Source: a virus | Lineage: Duplodnaviria; Caudoviricetes | Direction: 5' to 3' (one strand) | Length of the DNA stretch: 64,000 nt | IMG/VR virus record: IMGVR_UViG_3300021400_000885 | Coordinates: 39,910 to 103,909 of that record | In this document: positions 20,801-29,279 of the stretch, piece after piece | Numbering within the stretch: position 1 is the first letter of the stretch | How the letters are laid out: the number at the start of each line of letters is the position of its first letter | The notes under the pieces: generated by a model | Databases searched by the model: none | Seen by the model: only the letters and a program-made list of their open reading frames with translations | What the model was told of the DNA's origin: nothing | Made by a program: the position numbers and the translations under genes

Positions 20801-22048
20801 ATTCTCTACTTGCATATCTTTACTACTAAATATGGTGGATTTGTGACTCCTTTCTCCTTTTTTAGGTATTGGACGTATTTGTCCTTCATCACCTAAGAAA
20901 CACACAACAGTCCTTGGATGTTCACTTACATACTTGTCAATGTTTCTCATTATGGTATCAGATACCATAGAGGCCTCATCAACAAAAATAAGGTTATACA
21001 TACTGTATTTAGCCTTATTCTCATCAACTGCAAACTTTTCTGGACCACTTAAAGGGTCTGCTCCAGCAAGAGTATATAAAGTTTCTGTCTGAGCTCCTAA
21101 GTCTTGCATTTTTTCAGAAAGAACGTGGACTGCTTTTCTTGAAAGAGCAGCAACACAAAAACTTGGATATACTCTCTGTTTTTCAAGACTTTGTACAATA
21201 CTACGTACAATAGTAGTTTTACCAGTTCCTGCCATACCTTGAATAAGCAGGAACTTCTTACCACTTGGAGACTCCCCAGTTCTCATTTTTTTGGATATGA
21301 AAGAAACTGCATTGTCTACAGCAGTTTGTTGTTCTTTGGTAAGAACAATCTTTGACATGTCCTGAGTACTTACTGGAAGGTCTTCTTCTGCAGAAACAGT
21401 TTCTGTCTTTCTTACTTGAGAATGACCAAATTCATTAATATAAACTTCTGATGTTCCATCTTCCAGTCCTTTATAAAGAGCCTGACTTTCTTTTAGTTTT
21501 TGTTGAAACTCTGCAAGGTCATCCTTGTCTTGCTGGGTGGCACGATTCCATTTTATTTTTTCTTGAAGTTTTTCAATAACCCCCTCTTCAAACTCAATTT
21601 TATTGCGAAGTAAGTCTTTCGCAGACTTAATGTCTTCTTCTGTTACATTTGTTGTAGCCTGACTCGTTTTGCTCTGAATGGGTTTTGCAATATGAATCTC
21701 ATTCTCTCCAGTATCTTTAGTGACTAAGAACACATTAGGTTCACCAAAAACTCTTTTAAGTTGAGTAAACTGTTCTACACTGCTAAGACTGGCAACTTCT
21801 CCTTCTGGAACAAATATTCCATCATTGGTATACTTATTATAGAAATCTATAATTTCTTGTCTTTGTGTTAAAAATGTTTGGTCTCTATAGTAAGTCTTTG
21901 CTTCATCCTCACTTGGGAAGCCATCTTCAGAACCAGTTTTTGCTCTCCAAAGGTATACAATTCCTGCTGCAGATGGAGCAGTTAACCCAAGACTTTTTGC
22001 ATAGTTCTGAAAAGTCTTACCGTTAATATCAATACAAGATTTTGCCAT
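11861..22048 (-). CDS. Virion-associated RNA polymerase with N-terminal SF1B helicase and SLOG-like domains
   Basis: GYRIPTE...GSDFDIDK catalytic motif (14453-14467); GMAGTGKTT, DEASM, HKAQGSTY, YTALTR helicase motifs; HSGGAAGSD...GGTGYAV. Confidence 0.9.
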   Translation of the reverse strand: MAKSCIDINGKTFQNYAKSLGLTAPSAAGIVYLWRAKTGSEDGFPSEDEAKTYYRDQTFLTQRQEIIDFYNKYTNDGIFVPEGEVASLSSVEQFTQLKRVFGEPNVFLVTKDTGENEIHIAKPIQSKTSQATTNVTEEDIKSAKDLLRNKIEFEEGVIEKLQEKIKWNRATQQDKDDLAEFQQKLKESQALYKGLEDGTSEVYINEFGHSQVRKTETVSAEEDLPVSTQDMSKIVLTKEQQTAVDNAVSFISKKMRTGESPSGKKFLLIQGMAGTGKTTIVRSIVQSLEKQRVYPSFCVAALSRKAVHVLSEKMQDLGAQTETLYTLAGADPLSGPEKFAVDENKAKYSMYNLIFVDEASMVSDTIMRNIDKYVSEHPRTVVCFLGDEGQIRPIPKKGERSHKSTIFSSKDMQVENLTKRIRQGENSPILSYADKFWNISTRKTDNSIYSISGETSITKLGALIFETKPFVLSSIMDGFKKAVKEGNPTHVKIVTATNGSVDSWNDDIRRVLFPESPNLICEGDLIIFNEPYKISLNSFDSPIIENSAEGQVTEVSDEYEDDGVKYREISIDLSDGSSVTVRRIDPKDKESLNLHESRVKALHEEAKRIPKSNRIPYRTAWKAYWQEFGKYADISYGYAVTDHKAQGSTYDIVAVDKDNILKAGIWGDIERAEMMYTALTRSRNVSVVVSEQGNNENIGSYTELSETIDNNKSPRKVSKTSQLPILGEFTLHSGGAAGSDTWWGRVGEQYGVSLKHYYHGNPTPAGNVEVSDKEFKEGLPLAYQAAKDMGRKAETVTKYQDLIGRDVTQATRASEIFAIGVLDGTQVKGGTGYAVQIGINLGKPVHVFDQEKNQWYQYDYGTKSFVETETPTLSKDFAGIGTREINDNGLEAIRQVYAKTVQQMKENPISFARPLFLESMPKDASMSSLITRELASQDPGEKPASNTPVKNAYSIEVSENQGNTKKTVTITPLQEKTSQEDKREHIIRLVLSGELDISTRIQIGGESVSDILDTITVLRRMKSDSIFESLDVTTPLSEENLTAEQVDALNKAKIPHADGKYYIPTFTVGFTEYEMSLRNELNNLLGQNKFTQTELREFAKRSVFKVSERISIIQNEQGAVKRLFGNNKDYQSLIYDAEGKEIDYTQMSRIDILNKIGLGTLFDTQIREAIFSPKRTDIKSSVMKNKLAVIYNNFEAFKQLAYDTLINLEEVTLDNPKARVTEQLVIENEDGTNENNVNAETEQELAEVFGSTVEHWQVGFRQVSAFNSLSQLIKNTVSRFYDLNEDGTMKIDSVGMAKTIDTAEAISKILQWTQKATTLEEMVDMLTSHLSTDPWLRQLVGKGDTAYYANGTDNSKLVEGLLVNPEEQQFQSQFFTNFRKYFQSYFVTYLDAKGNVVTKSVNSPSFEVETLENIQSLAQSADYGMLRIWDKDANGLTKDYYRLKEILGTPRQKVKGKPEIAATGLNQIVERLDKGEELTQDLKLRVANAIKEIYEILNIESPEASQLVNIFSNNKQNLTDFVKTLGYLTTRNIEVSANLAKEKGGWFELFGRKGEKINGTEIPNASSNYKAIIKYISPVMASATEAVSYEGGKLYYGYVTPSYLGILVDKLKGRVGKTYLGNPENYQTFMQREYGKYEGWFYNSEDGARGPKGFMNYWLAKLNGSDGERYKGMLEHVTSLTYEGTAYSDKSDPLYYASLLSMYLYDAHKNYSYFRMPTMSNKPSEEYLKFERITENYESTIVNWLTDYTFYQELNRIKAVRDRQNSIPKDQKIDNFDKNGTVFHFLPFLNERMNGKDRFGELLRKVVNGEGLERDSTEAKEFRQLLSQAIKEGLDERFNEYLLDAEKAGFLTLGEKGNPDSGVVSVFQIDKLVTKNGTRKEVLREYFYNDFFATLNILQLTVGDIALYKNAENLQKRLAQLHAPGMRANIQAKDITYKKNVSDGVHRSLIIKDEEVASVALINIKQALSNMLANPKYHEGDNVNAPLTKLGKSLKKKFDSVIKVFSAESNKWTDGQAYSSPTSYRKKMHMYGKWSKQDETAYEKVLKGDFSEEDLNVIWQPLKPFVYSQITRPTGSDAMPLVKTGVQYKNSEFLLVMADALMKSQGVESPLAAIFDAMEESQGAWSEDGERFIPNGKGIDTVQFESCVKTGAKGVISINGMDYNAALSTLRNAIYDASQPDGYNANYVTAIPFDDYTIQQEVPPHFKGEQQIGSQVRIHTIADLVEKENGEDLYVDITTERGGRVTTEHVTVAEAKKRYMAATAENIELSFEELSKELGLDGRFSQSKKFRNIALSRLLKKEILRDGRLGADMLWAVDVNEDGDFNIPLSDPIHSGRLQQLLNSVIKNHINKQEISGGPVVQVSAYGTSEDLNIRFKSENGKLLLSRKEFEQYIRKQKKRSASFSARYVDFKDYVQQVPKGTTEEELKGILDLWYESYVRDNQHSLAYFEAYAPIYDEALMDFADEDGVIDVKAIEKMNPKLLEMIGYRIPTEAKYSIVPIKIVGFLPRNGGEGIMLPADITTLTGSDFDIDKLYIMRYAFRKGRKKSFEDFAKEQALTNADNELSGKELYEEKQRIIGLLKKSKEEVSEEELNDWKEVQDAWNKYKGEVYYTTNMKDKREANNNTILSITQAILTSPQVVDQMFSPGNFDVPKRIGYLIKAADVAFNEGARPNEELGDIADRTEYIASTLEDKSISELKDLAYKKSSLLFANVQVNFHRQNSVAGKLIGVFAQANVSHGFMGLLDNPTFKVKDFGEGEHGDFVLAGHRIGGEVRIDPMYAFDRVTRVSQNLAALLAASVDAVKDPVLNLFNLNMTTVNIAVALIRLGYDIDTIGWLLTTPVIKRMTEQYERDSVDGSTSIESTIAKMKDNILDKYNDITFDAEYDLSVDDLIRVHNWEGDDEAIARMDYQILETVSRINKIANAFRQVTHVTRYNSIAAAVGPFAAHTAVSKIQDINFSTNDSISPSAQSILQNPIIKAFREKAYELESKLIGQNFIQGGEFANNIYRAADAKLGYLNDKTAQKLSDFIMSYVVNIDNPIFDLSDNGEQYHRDMIYETTPDVVTSAKALYPDNKFLKAIRVNKDKHGNKILRVPTRGRDATEIQDLKQGWSKLLEDEAKRLGENAFDVDENLALRLVQYNFVLAGFGFSGKSFMSLVPSSVKQALPNYLQNLDAAAVYNDIHIDRLLEQFMLNNGIANVGVYTQEEFEKLMGVSLNPNGITTFDTLSPTFPNGIVAIKKNEKSSEKKFYKIKGTYLIKVHPLEKLGGLNQGFEIDPSRDVEDMHSMFKVVTPSQSQGEKKEPEKPKKAPVMPRYYKTVNEINESLDILDQIIFADTDNISDRLEIAQRILDKKDDIDNNSAAAKMKKILKDINVSNLSIEQLQEVEKELNLCVN

Positions 22049-22049
22049 G

Positions 22050-25000
22050 TTAACAAGTATATTTATCTAATAATTGTTCTAAATCTTCTTGAGAGTGTAC
22101 ATTCATATACATTCCTTTTGTATGAGGATTAGCCTCCAATAAAGAAATAACTCTGTCTATAGTAAGGTCTCCATTTTCATCTAATCCAAATAATTCAATT
22201 ACTCTATCTAAGTTAGCATCATTCTCTACAAAGGTACTGAAAAGATTCTCAAAATTCTCTTGTGCGTGCTGGAATCTTAACTCACTTGCAGATATTTTTC
22301 CCTCTGTAGTCATACCATTAATTGAGTTACCCTTAGAAGCTGGTGTTGTTGGAGTTTGACTGGAATCTTTTTCACCTTCCTCTTGAGGAGTTAACTGAGG
22401 AGTTTCTCCAGCCAGTGCTTCAAGGTCTTTCAGTGCTTGTGTTGACCTTTCTGCATCTTGTTGTTCGAGCAAATAATCTAGAACCTCTTTGTATTTATCA
22501 TCTGATGGATTTAATTTCCAGAATCCTGCCTCAGCTGTTTTAGCATATATTCTGAGATTTTCACCAGTTCCAAATACCCAGTATTTTACTTTTTGTGAAC
22601 CTGTCGGAAGTTCTATTGCATTATCATTAGTTGCTTGAATTACATCTTCAAGAATTGCTAAAATATTAGGGTCTGTGACAGTATTTCTTCCAACCATACC
22701 ATTAGTTGAGAAAGTGCCATCAGACATATATGAATATTTAATTCCCTTTATATAAACAACACCTTGAACTTGATTAACAGCTCTTTGGTTCTTTCTTTCA
22801 ACAGTTGGTTCTGGAGAAGTGTTGATTGTACCATCTGTATTAGGTACATACATATATGCTTTAGCATTTACTGCTCCCCAGTTTCTTAAATTAACTTGAA
22901 GTACATTAGAATTCACATAGTATTCAGGATTATCCGTAAGAGTTTTTGTATTGATAGCAACTCTTGGATTTAATGTACTTACAAGATTAATTAATGACTG
23001 AAGCTTTTCTTCTGCAGACATTCCTCCATCTAAGAATAAGGCCGAATCGTCCTTAACATCTCCAAATTGTTGGATTCTTATAGAGTTATAATTAAGGTTT
23101 GTCTGTCCATCAACTTCTTCTCTTGTATCATAGAATATCTGATTACCAGCAACTGAACCAAATACCAACTGGCTTCTTAGAACACCAAATAAGCCTTCAA
23201 GCTGATTAATATCAGTTGGGTCTGTAGAAGCAATACTTCTAAGTGTATTCATAATATCTTGATACACTTGACCATTTTGTTCTGAGAGTTGGTTAAATGT
23301 AAAAGGACTTATAAATTGAGCTATGTATCTTCCATCAGCAACTGGCATCCATACAATTACTTGACCCGGATGATGAAGGTACTCTGTATCATAGATTTGG
23401 TCTTCAGGATTAACTCTGATGTGTCTATGAGTCACAGTTCCTTCCTCTTCATCACCATAAACAACAGTGAATTTAAGGTCTTTGACCTGAGCTCCTGTTG
23501 GATTATTGTTGTCTAAAACAGCTTTTAAGCTTGTATCATTATCTTCCTCTTCAGAGTTCTTTCTAAGTACAGTTCCTGGAGAAACATCATAAATATAGTT
23601 TGTCCATTCTCCATTTTCTCCTTCATCAAGAATTTCGTAAAGAGCATCTGAGTTCTTATCATTTCTTTGTTTGGAGATTCTGTCACTTATTGCTTTATGA
23701 GCTTTTTCAAGCTTTTTCTGACCTGTAGAATATCCATAATTACCTACAATAAGATACTTACCATCTGGAGTAATATTTCTTTGAATGTTTACATCAGATT
23801 GAGGAAGAATCTTTTTAACTTCATCATTATACTCAGTTACTAAAAGAATATGAGGTTTTCCTCCTTTGCCATTCTTTTTTCTTACTCCAGTAGCTAAAAT
23901 ACCATCAGGATAATACATGGCATATTGTACTTTTAATTTGCCATCATTTCCCTTGATATTCATTAGTTTGTGTAGGAAATTATTAACAATATAATCTATT
24001 CCCTCAGCAAAGGGGAATGAATACCATTGCTGTGAGGAAGGGTTTGTATCTTCAAGTTTTCTCCCAATACCGTCAGCAATTCCTAAGTTTCCATCATTGC
24101 CAACTGCATACTTTCTGAAACTGTTAGCTCTGGCAGATAATTCAGCTTCTTGAGCTTTTTCTTTGTCTTTGTCAGTTTCATCAGGATTCTCTCGAATGGG
24201 CTCACTAACTTGGGTGTTTCCAGCCTCACCCCCCCGGAGGGGGGGTGGTGTAGTAACACTCCCTTTAGGAGCTTCATTGGAAGTGTATAACTCTTTGAAC
24301 TTGTCTGTAGTTAGGTCTAATAAGTCATTAAGTTCATTACTTTCTTCTTCAGTTAAATTCTCCTTATCAATAAGTTCAATAAGTCTGTCTAACCCATCAC
24401 CAAAGCGTTTCCTCATATACCTGCTTGCATAGGACTTTGCTCCTTCTTTATCAGTTATATAAAACCTTGGTTTTTGTGGTTCTTCATCTTCTTTAATCTT
24501 TACTTCTCTTTCAGTTCCTTCTTCAGTACCTTCACTCTTAGGAGTTTCTCCAAAATCAATATTTATCTCTGTAGAGCTGCTTTCAGTTCCTGTAGGAGGA
24601 GCTAAATTATCTTCATTATTACTCTTTGGCTTTGTCTCTTCTTTTTTCTCAGCCTTCTTTTTTCTTGGTTCAGCAGCTTTATAGGCAATCTCATTTTTCT
24701 TTAAGTCATCTACAACATCACTAAGGATTCCTTGAATTACAGCTGCTGTATTTGCTGCTTCTTGGCTTGGCGATTCAACACTCTTTAAGGATTCTGCAAG
24801 GTTACTTAAAGTATCAATAAATGAGTCCTTAGAGTATTGGACATTCTCATCTTCTATATAATCTTGTATAGCTCCTTGTATTACACTTTCAGCTGCAAGT
24901 GTCCAAGATAATTTAGCAGCTTGAGCTTGTTTAATCTGTTCATCAGTCATTTCTGATGACATTGGAATAACATTTTCAACTGCATTATTTATAGAGTCAT

Positions 25001-27563
25001 GATATGCATTCAGTACTGAAATAAATGGCTTAAACTTCTCTAACAAAGTCTTTGTTTCACCCTCAGATTCTGCAACAGCCTCATCAAAAACTGCCTGTTT
25101 GTTTTCAACATCAGCACTTAAATAAATATCACCAAGCTCCTTTAAAGTAGTAACTCCTTTTACAGCATTCTTAAGAGATTCTGCATCTTTAGTAATTCGT
25201 GCTAAAGAAGCAAGGTCATCCATTCTTTTTAAGGAGTGGGCATAGTTTTCTAAATTAGTAATGTCTCTATTATAGCTGTCTAGCTTTTTATCAATTTGAT
25301 TATCAATCTCACTAATAGCAGAAGTGTAAGTTGTAGTATGCCTAACACGCTTATCAACATCAGACATTGAATCTAATTCAGATTGAAGCTCTTCTTTCCT
25401 TCTTTCCAAATCCCAGATTGTGGTTGCCTGTGCTGTAAGGTCAACCATCATACTGTGTACAAGACTAGTTGCCCTTTCATTAGCATCTGGTAATCCTTCA
25501 TATACTTTTTGAGCCTCTTTTAATGCTTTTTCAGTATACTTTAATGTATGACTATCATGAAATTCCAGTGCCTTATCAATCTTCTCTAATGTAGAGCTAG
25601 CCTTATCTTTTAATACTTTTCTTAGCTCTTCACTATCCATTCCATCGTAAGGAGACATGCCATTCATAGTTTGTAATTGCTCCCTTACTTGCAGAAGGTC
25701 ATCATCAGAAACTTCATCTTTCATTGCCTCATAGAAAGATTTATAAGCATCTAATGCACCATTATTCTTAAAGAACAGTGCATCATTTACTATCTGAGCA
25801 AGTTCCTTATTCTTGTACTGAAGAACATCTCCAACTCTAAGAAAGTGGTCCATTTCTTCAGTTAAAGACATTGCTGTGACAGCATGCCTTACCCTTTCTC
25901 TGAATTCTGGTTTTTGGATAGCATCATTAAAGCTGCTGACAAACTTTTCAGCATCTTGTTGTCTTTCTTTAATACCAGCAATTTCTTCCCAGATACCACC
26001 TTGCATTCCAAATCCCCTCTTTCCTTCCCTGCTTTTCTTAACATTGAATGTTCCAATTCCTCCAGTCAGAGCTCCAAGGAATACTTCTTCCCAACCTGTG
26101 GAAGAAATGTCCCCAAAAGCAGTATTCCAAGCATGATAAAGAGCCTTATACTTGTCTACAAGCTCATCAGTAACATCGGGGTTTATTCCCTTTGCATAGA
26201 AAGAATCATCAGTTTTCTTAGCCCAAACATTAAGTCTTGCTTGCTCTTGCATTTGGGCACTGTCTGAAATAAGTCTTTGAGAGCCCTCTTCAAATCCCTC
26301 TTCAGCCATTCTAGCTACAGTACCTCCAATAATCTTTCCTACTTTGTTCTTTCCGAGCTCTTCAGATACTTGCAGGGCAGCCTCTCCCTTTGCCATAGCT
26401 TTACCAAATTCTTTAAGACTTTCAGTCTTTTCTCCCTTGGCAAGCATGTCAAGATTCATAAATCCCTTTTGTGTGTTGTATCCTCCCTTTAAATACTTTC
26501 CGAACTCTAAGTTATTAGTTAATGAAAGTAAAGCAAGGTTTGCCAAATAAACAGAGTTACCAACATTAATAATGCCTTTTTCAGCTTCCTGAACTGCAGT
26601 ATTATAATCATTATTAATATTATCCAGTTCAGCCATATAAGCATCATAGGGATTCAACTCTCCTTCTTGAGGAATTCTATACTTATTCCTTTCATATTCC
26701 TCAGTTGCAGCCCTTATAGCTTCATTTCTTCTCTCTCCAAGATTTCTTATTTCAGCATCAAGGTTATCTTTGGTGGCATTAATGGCTTCAATAGAAGCTT
26801 CACCATGTGCTGAGATTAAAGTATTTCCAACTCTTGAAACAAGCCTTCCAGCTTTATCAGCTCCTCTAAGAGCCTTCTCCCCAAAGTTTAAAGCCCTACC
26901 AGCAGTAGAAATGCCCTTTCCAAGCCAAGCCATATCAAACCCGGGAACTGCCATAGTTGCTAAAGCACCAGCAGTAAAGCCCATATTCTTAAGGAACTTA
27001 TCTCCCCAGAAGTTTGCTGAAAGAAGATTTGCAGCACTGTACCAAGGAGAATTGAGTTGCTCCTCAGTATAATAGTTTGGAGCAATTTCTTCCATTTTCT
27101 CTTGGGCAGAAGCCATCCACTTGTTAAAGTCATTATTCCAAAGACCATTTCTAAACGTGGTTTTTGGGTCATTGTCCAGAGCATTAGCAGTTCCTTGTGC
27201 AAGACCAACTAATCCACCTACAGTACCATCAAGAAATGTTGTAACTGCGGTAGTTCCCATTTTAAGAATACCAGCACCAAGTTGAACTACTCCAGGTTGG
27301 TTCTCAGCTCTTAAATTTGCAACACTCTGTGCTTCATCAACACTAAGGATATTCTTATCCCACATTGAAGAGCCAAAGTCTGCTCCAGTACTCATTGGAG
27401 TAATTTGACCATAAGACTCTGCTATATTTCTATGGGCTTGCTCTGGAGTAATAAAGTTGGGCTTTACATGTAACTGCTTAATTAACTCTGCAGTATCAAT
27501 ATCTTGTTTTGTATTTACTCCTTTCAATCCTACTGGACCAGTTTTAGTAATATCTTTAAGCAT
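22050..27563 (-). CDS. Large virion cargo/ejection protein (crAss001 gp47-like)
   Basis: 1837 aa; Gly/Ala-rich hydrophobic N-terminal region, EEGFEEG.Q motif, synteny. Confidence 0.7.
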   Translation of the reverse strand: MLKDITKTGPVGLKGVNTKQDIDTAELIKQLHVKPNFITPEQAHRNIAESYGQITPMSTGADFGSSMWDKNILSVDEAQSVANLRAENQPGVVQLGAGILKMGTTAVTTFLDGTVGGLVGLAQGTANALDNDPKTTFRNGLWNNDFNKWMASAQEKMEEIAPNYYTEEQLNSPWYSAANLLSANFWGDKFLKNMGFTAGALATMAVPGFDMAWLGKGISTAGRALNFGEKALRGADKAGRLVSRVGNTLISAHGEASIEAINATKDNLDAEIRNLGERRNEAIRAATEEYERNKYRIPQEGELNPYDAYMAELDNINNDYNTAVQEAEKGIINVGNSVYLANLALLSLTNNLEFGKYLKGGYNTQKGFMNLDMLAKGEKTESLKEFGKAMAKGEAALQVSEELGKNKVGKIIGGTVARMAEEGFEEGSQRLISDSAQMQEQARLNVWAKKTDDSFYAKGINPDVTDELVDKYKALYHAWNTAFGDISSTGWEEVFLGALTGGIGTFNVKKSREGKRGFGMQGGIWEEIAGIKERQQDAEKFVSSFNDAIQKPEFRERVRHAVTAMSLTEEMDHFLRVGDVLQYKNKELAQIVNDALFFKNNGALDAYKSFYEAMKDEVSDDDLLQVREQLQTMNGMSPYDGMDSEELRKVLKDKASSTLEKIDKALEFHDSHTLKYTEKALKEAQKVYEGLPDANERATSLVHSMMVDLTAQATTIWDLERRKEELQSELDSMSDVDKRVRHTTTYTSAISEIDNQIDKKLDSYNRDITNLENYAHSLKRMDDLASLARITKDAESLKNAVKGVTTLKELGDIYLSADVENKQAVFDEAVAESEGETKTLLEKFKPFISVLNAYHDSINNAVENVIPMSSEMTDEQIKQAQAAKLSWTLAAESVIQGAIQDYIEDENVQYSKDSFIDTLSNLAESLKSVESPSQEAANTAAVIQGILSDVVDDLKKNEIAYKAAEPRKKKAEKKEETKPKSNNEDNLAPPTGTESSSTEINIDFGETPKSEGTEEGTEREVKIKEDEEPQKPRFYITDKEGAKSYASRYMRKRFGDGLDRLIELIDKENLTEEESNELNDLLDLTTDKFKELYTSNEAPKGSVTTPPPLRGGEAGNTQVSEPIRENPDETDKDKEKAQEAELSARANSFRKYAVGNDGNLGIADGIGRKLEDTNPSSQQWYSFPFAEGIDYIVNNFLHKLMNIKGNDGKLKVQYAMYYPDGILATGVRKKNGKGGKPHILLVTEYNDEVKKILPQSDVNIQRNITPDGKYLIVGNYGYSTGQKKLEKAHKAISDRISKQRNDKNSDALYEILDEGENGEWTNYIYDVSPGTVLRKNSEEEDNDTSLKAVLDNNNPTGAQVKDLKFTVVYGDEEEGTVTHRHIRVNPEDQIYDTEYLHHPGQVIVWMPVADGRYIAQFISPFTFNQLSEQNGQVYQDIMNTLRSIASTDPTDINQLEGLFGVLRSQLVFGSVAGNQIFYDTREEVDGQTNLNYNSIRIQQFGDVKDDSALFLDGGMSAEEKLQSLINLVSTLNPRVAINTKTLTDNPEYYVNSNVLQVNLRNWGAVNAKAYMYVPNTDGTINTSPEPTVERKNQRAVNQVQGVVYIKGIKYSYMSDGTFSTNGMVGRNTVTDPNILAILEDVIQATNDNAIELPTGSQKVKYWVFGTGENLRIYAKTAEAGFWKLNPSDDKYKEVLDYLLEQQDAERSTQALKDLEALAGETPQLTPQEEGEKDSSQTPTTPASKGNSINGMTTEGKISASELRFQHAQENFENLFSTFVENDANLDRVIELFGLDENGDLTIDRVISLLEANPHTKGMYMNVHSQEDLEQLLDKYTC

Positions 27564-27567
27564 GTTC

Positions 27568-29277
27568 TTACTTATTTATATTCTTTGACCCAATATGTTC
27601 CATAATAGACATTGGAATATCTCCTAAGACAGCATCATAGTCATCAAGATTTTGCAGCTGCTTAAAGTACCCATCAATAAGCTGTGCTTCTGGAGAATCT
27701 TGGAGCCCGTTCTGTACTAAATATTTATATAATTCTTCAAACTGGTCTTCACTAATACCTCTTTGAGCAAAGTAATCCTTTGTTGTTTTAATTAATTCCT
27801 GTGTATTTTCAAGATTTGACTTTCCACTTGGTGTAGTTCCTGGGGCAACAATGGTTGCCAAAGATGCAAGAATTTCATTACTTAAAATGCTCTTTGGAAT
27901 CTGATAGTATTCATTTTGGTACTTTAAAATCAGCTCATTTGCTTGTGGGTCATACCTTAATTCGCTTTCAGCATCTGTCTTATATTTAAGTGTTTCTGTT
28001 TTTCCATAAACAAGTTCACCGTTGGATTTTCTGTCCTTAATCTTTTTTGCATCACCATTATTGCTTATCATATTAAGCATTCTCTTAGTACCAGCAGCAT
28101 CAAGATTCCATCTTAACTGACTTGTATTATTTGCATCAAGACTTGCATCATCATTTATGGCTTTAATAGCATTTTCAACTTGAGACCTTGACATGTTAGC
28201 AATCTCTTCATCAGAATAATATTTACCTAACATATCTACCAAAGCTTCGTATTGCCTGTTTTCCTTTGTTTGATAGTTATACTGTTGACCTGTAGGTGCT
28301 TGAATTGTCTGATACTTTTCAGGCTCTACAAGTTTACCATCTTTAAATAACTTGTCACTTAAAGTCAATGCTCCAGTTTTCTTATCTACAAACATTCTTG
28401 CAGAGGTGTCTCTATCCCTCTCAAATATCATAGATGTGGTTCCTACATTATGTAATGTTCCAGAGCCTCCACTTCCAGATTTACCAGATTTTTTGTTGTT
28501 TAATTTTGCTTTGTTTTCTTGCTCAAGTAACTTGTATTGATGTGCTCTTGCTTGGTTTGCTGCAGTTATGCCTCCCTTGTATCTTGCAAGGTCTTTTGCA
28601 TAAGCATTTTTCATAGCAAGCTTTGCTTCTTCTTCAGCAAACTTTGACCTCTTAGCTCCTAATCCATTCAATATACCACTTTGGATTATGCTTAATGCTT
28701 GCTCTGGATTAGCAAGATTTTCAATACCTGAAGATTCTGCCACTTGTTGCATAGCTGCTAATACATCCTCTTGAGTAGAATTTAAATCTAATGAGCTTCC
28801 AATTCCCGCAGCTTGAGCAAATAACTTGTCACCAGAAAGTATAAATGGTTTTGCATTAGGGTCTCTTACCAAGTCATCAACTGTTGGAACATTTCCAATC
28901 ATTAAGGTTGGGTCTTGAATTGATGCCTTTCTTAAAGTGTCCTGCATAGTTTGATAATTAGCAGTTGCACTTTTAATTTTAGCAATGTCACCATTATACT
29001 GCCTTCTTAGGTTAAACAGGGCATTCCTGCTTACAGCTTTAAGACCATTAGCTGACAAATCTTGAGCAGCTTTTTCAAGGGCTGAATTGTATGCTTGAAC
29101 CTTTTGTCCTGATTCAGAATTTGGGTCTAAGTATTGTTGTAATGCTCCAGCTTCCTCACCAAGGGTTGCTAAAGTATTAGTAACGTTGTCATACTCCTGC
29201 TTGTATGCTTGAAGAGGAGCTATCCTTTCTTGAAATGAGAAAGGTTGAAATTGTGCTGTAATTGCGTATCTTCCCAT
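27568..29277 (-). CDS. Cargo protein (crAss001 gp46-like)
   Basis: N-terminal FQPFSFQE motif, synteny. Confidence 0.65.
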   Translation of the reverse strand: MGRYAITAQFQPFSFQERIAPLQAYKQEYDNVTNTLATLGEEAGALQQYLDPNSESGQKVQAYNSALEKAAQDLSANGLKAVSRNALFNLRRQYNGDIAKIKSATANYQTMQDTLRKASIQDPTLMIGNVPTVDDLVRDPNAKPFILSGDKLFAQAAGIGSSLDLNSTQEDVLAAMQQVAESSGIENLANPEQALSIIQSGILNGLGAKRSKFAEEEAKLAMKNAYAKDLARYKGGITAANQARAHQYKLLEQENKAKLNNKKSGKSGSGGSGTLHNVGTTSMIFERDRDTSARMFVDKKTGALTLSDKLFKDGKLVEPEKYQTIQAPTGQQYNYQTKENRQYEALVDMLGKYYSDEEIANMSRSQVENAIKAINDDASLDANNTSQLRWNLDAAGTKRMLNMISNNGDAKKIKDRKSNGELVYGKTETLKYKTDAESELRYDPQANELILKYQNEYYQIPKSILSNEILASLATIVAPGTTPSGKSNLENTQELIKTTKDYFAQRGISEDQFEELYKYLVQNGLQDSPEAQLIDGYFKQLQNLDDYDAVLGDIPMSIMEHIGSKNINK

Positions 29278-29279
29278 AA

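Noticed and set aside
11861-22048. Intein or intron explaining the size of the RNAP gene
   Set aside because: No evident intein splice-junction or LAGLIDADG/HNH motifs; the extra length is explained by the helicase and SLOG domains
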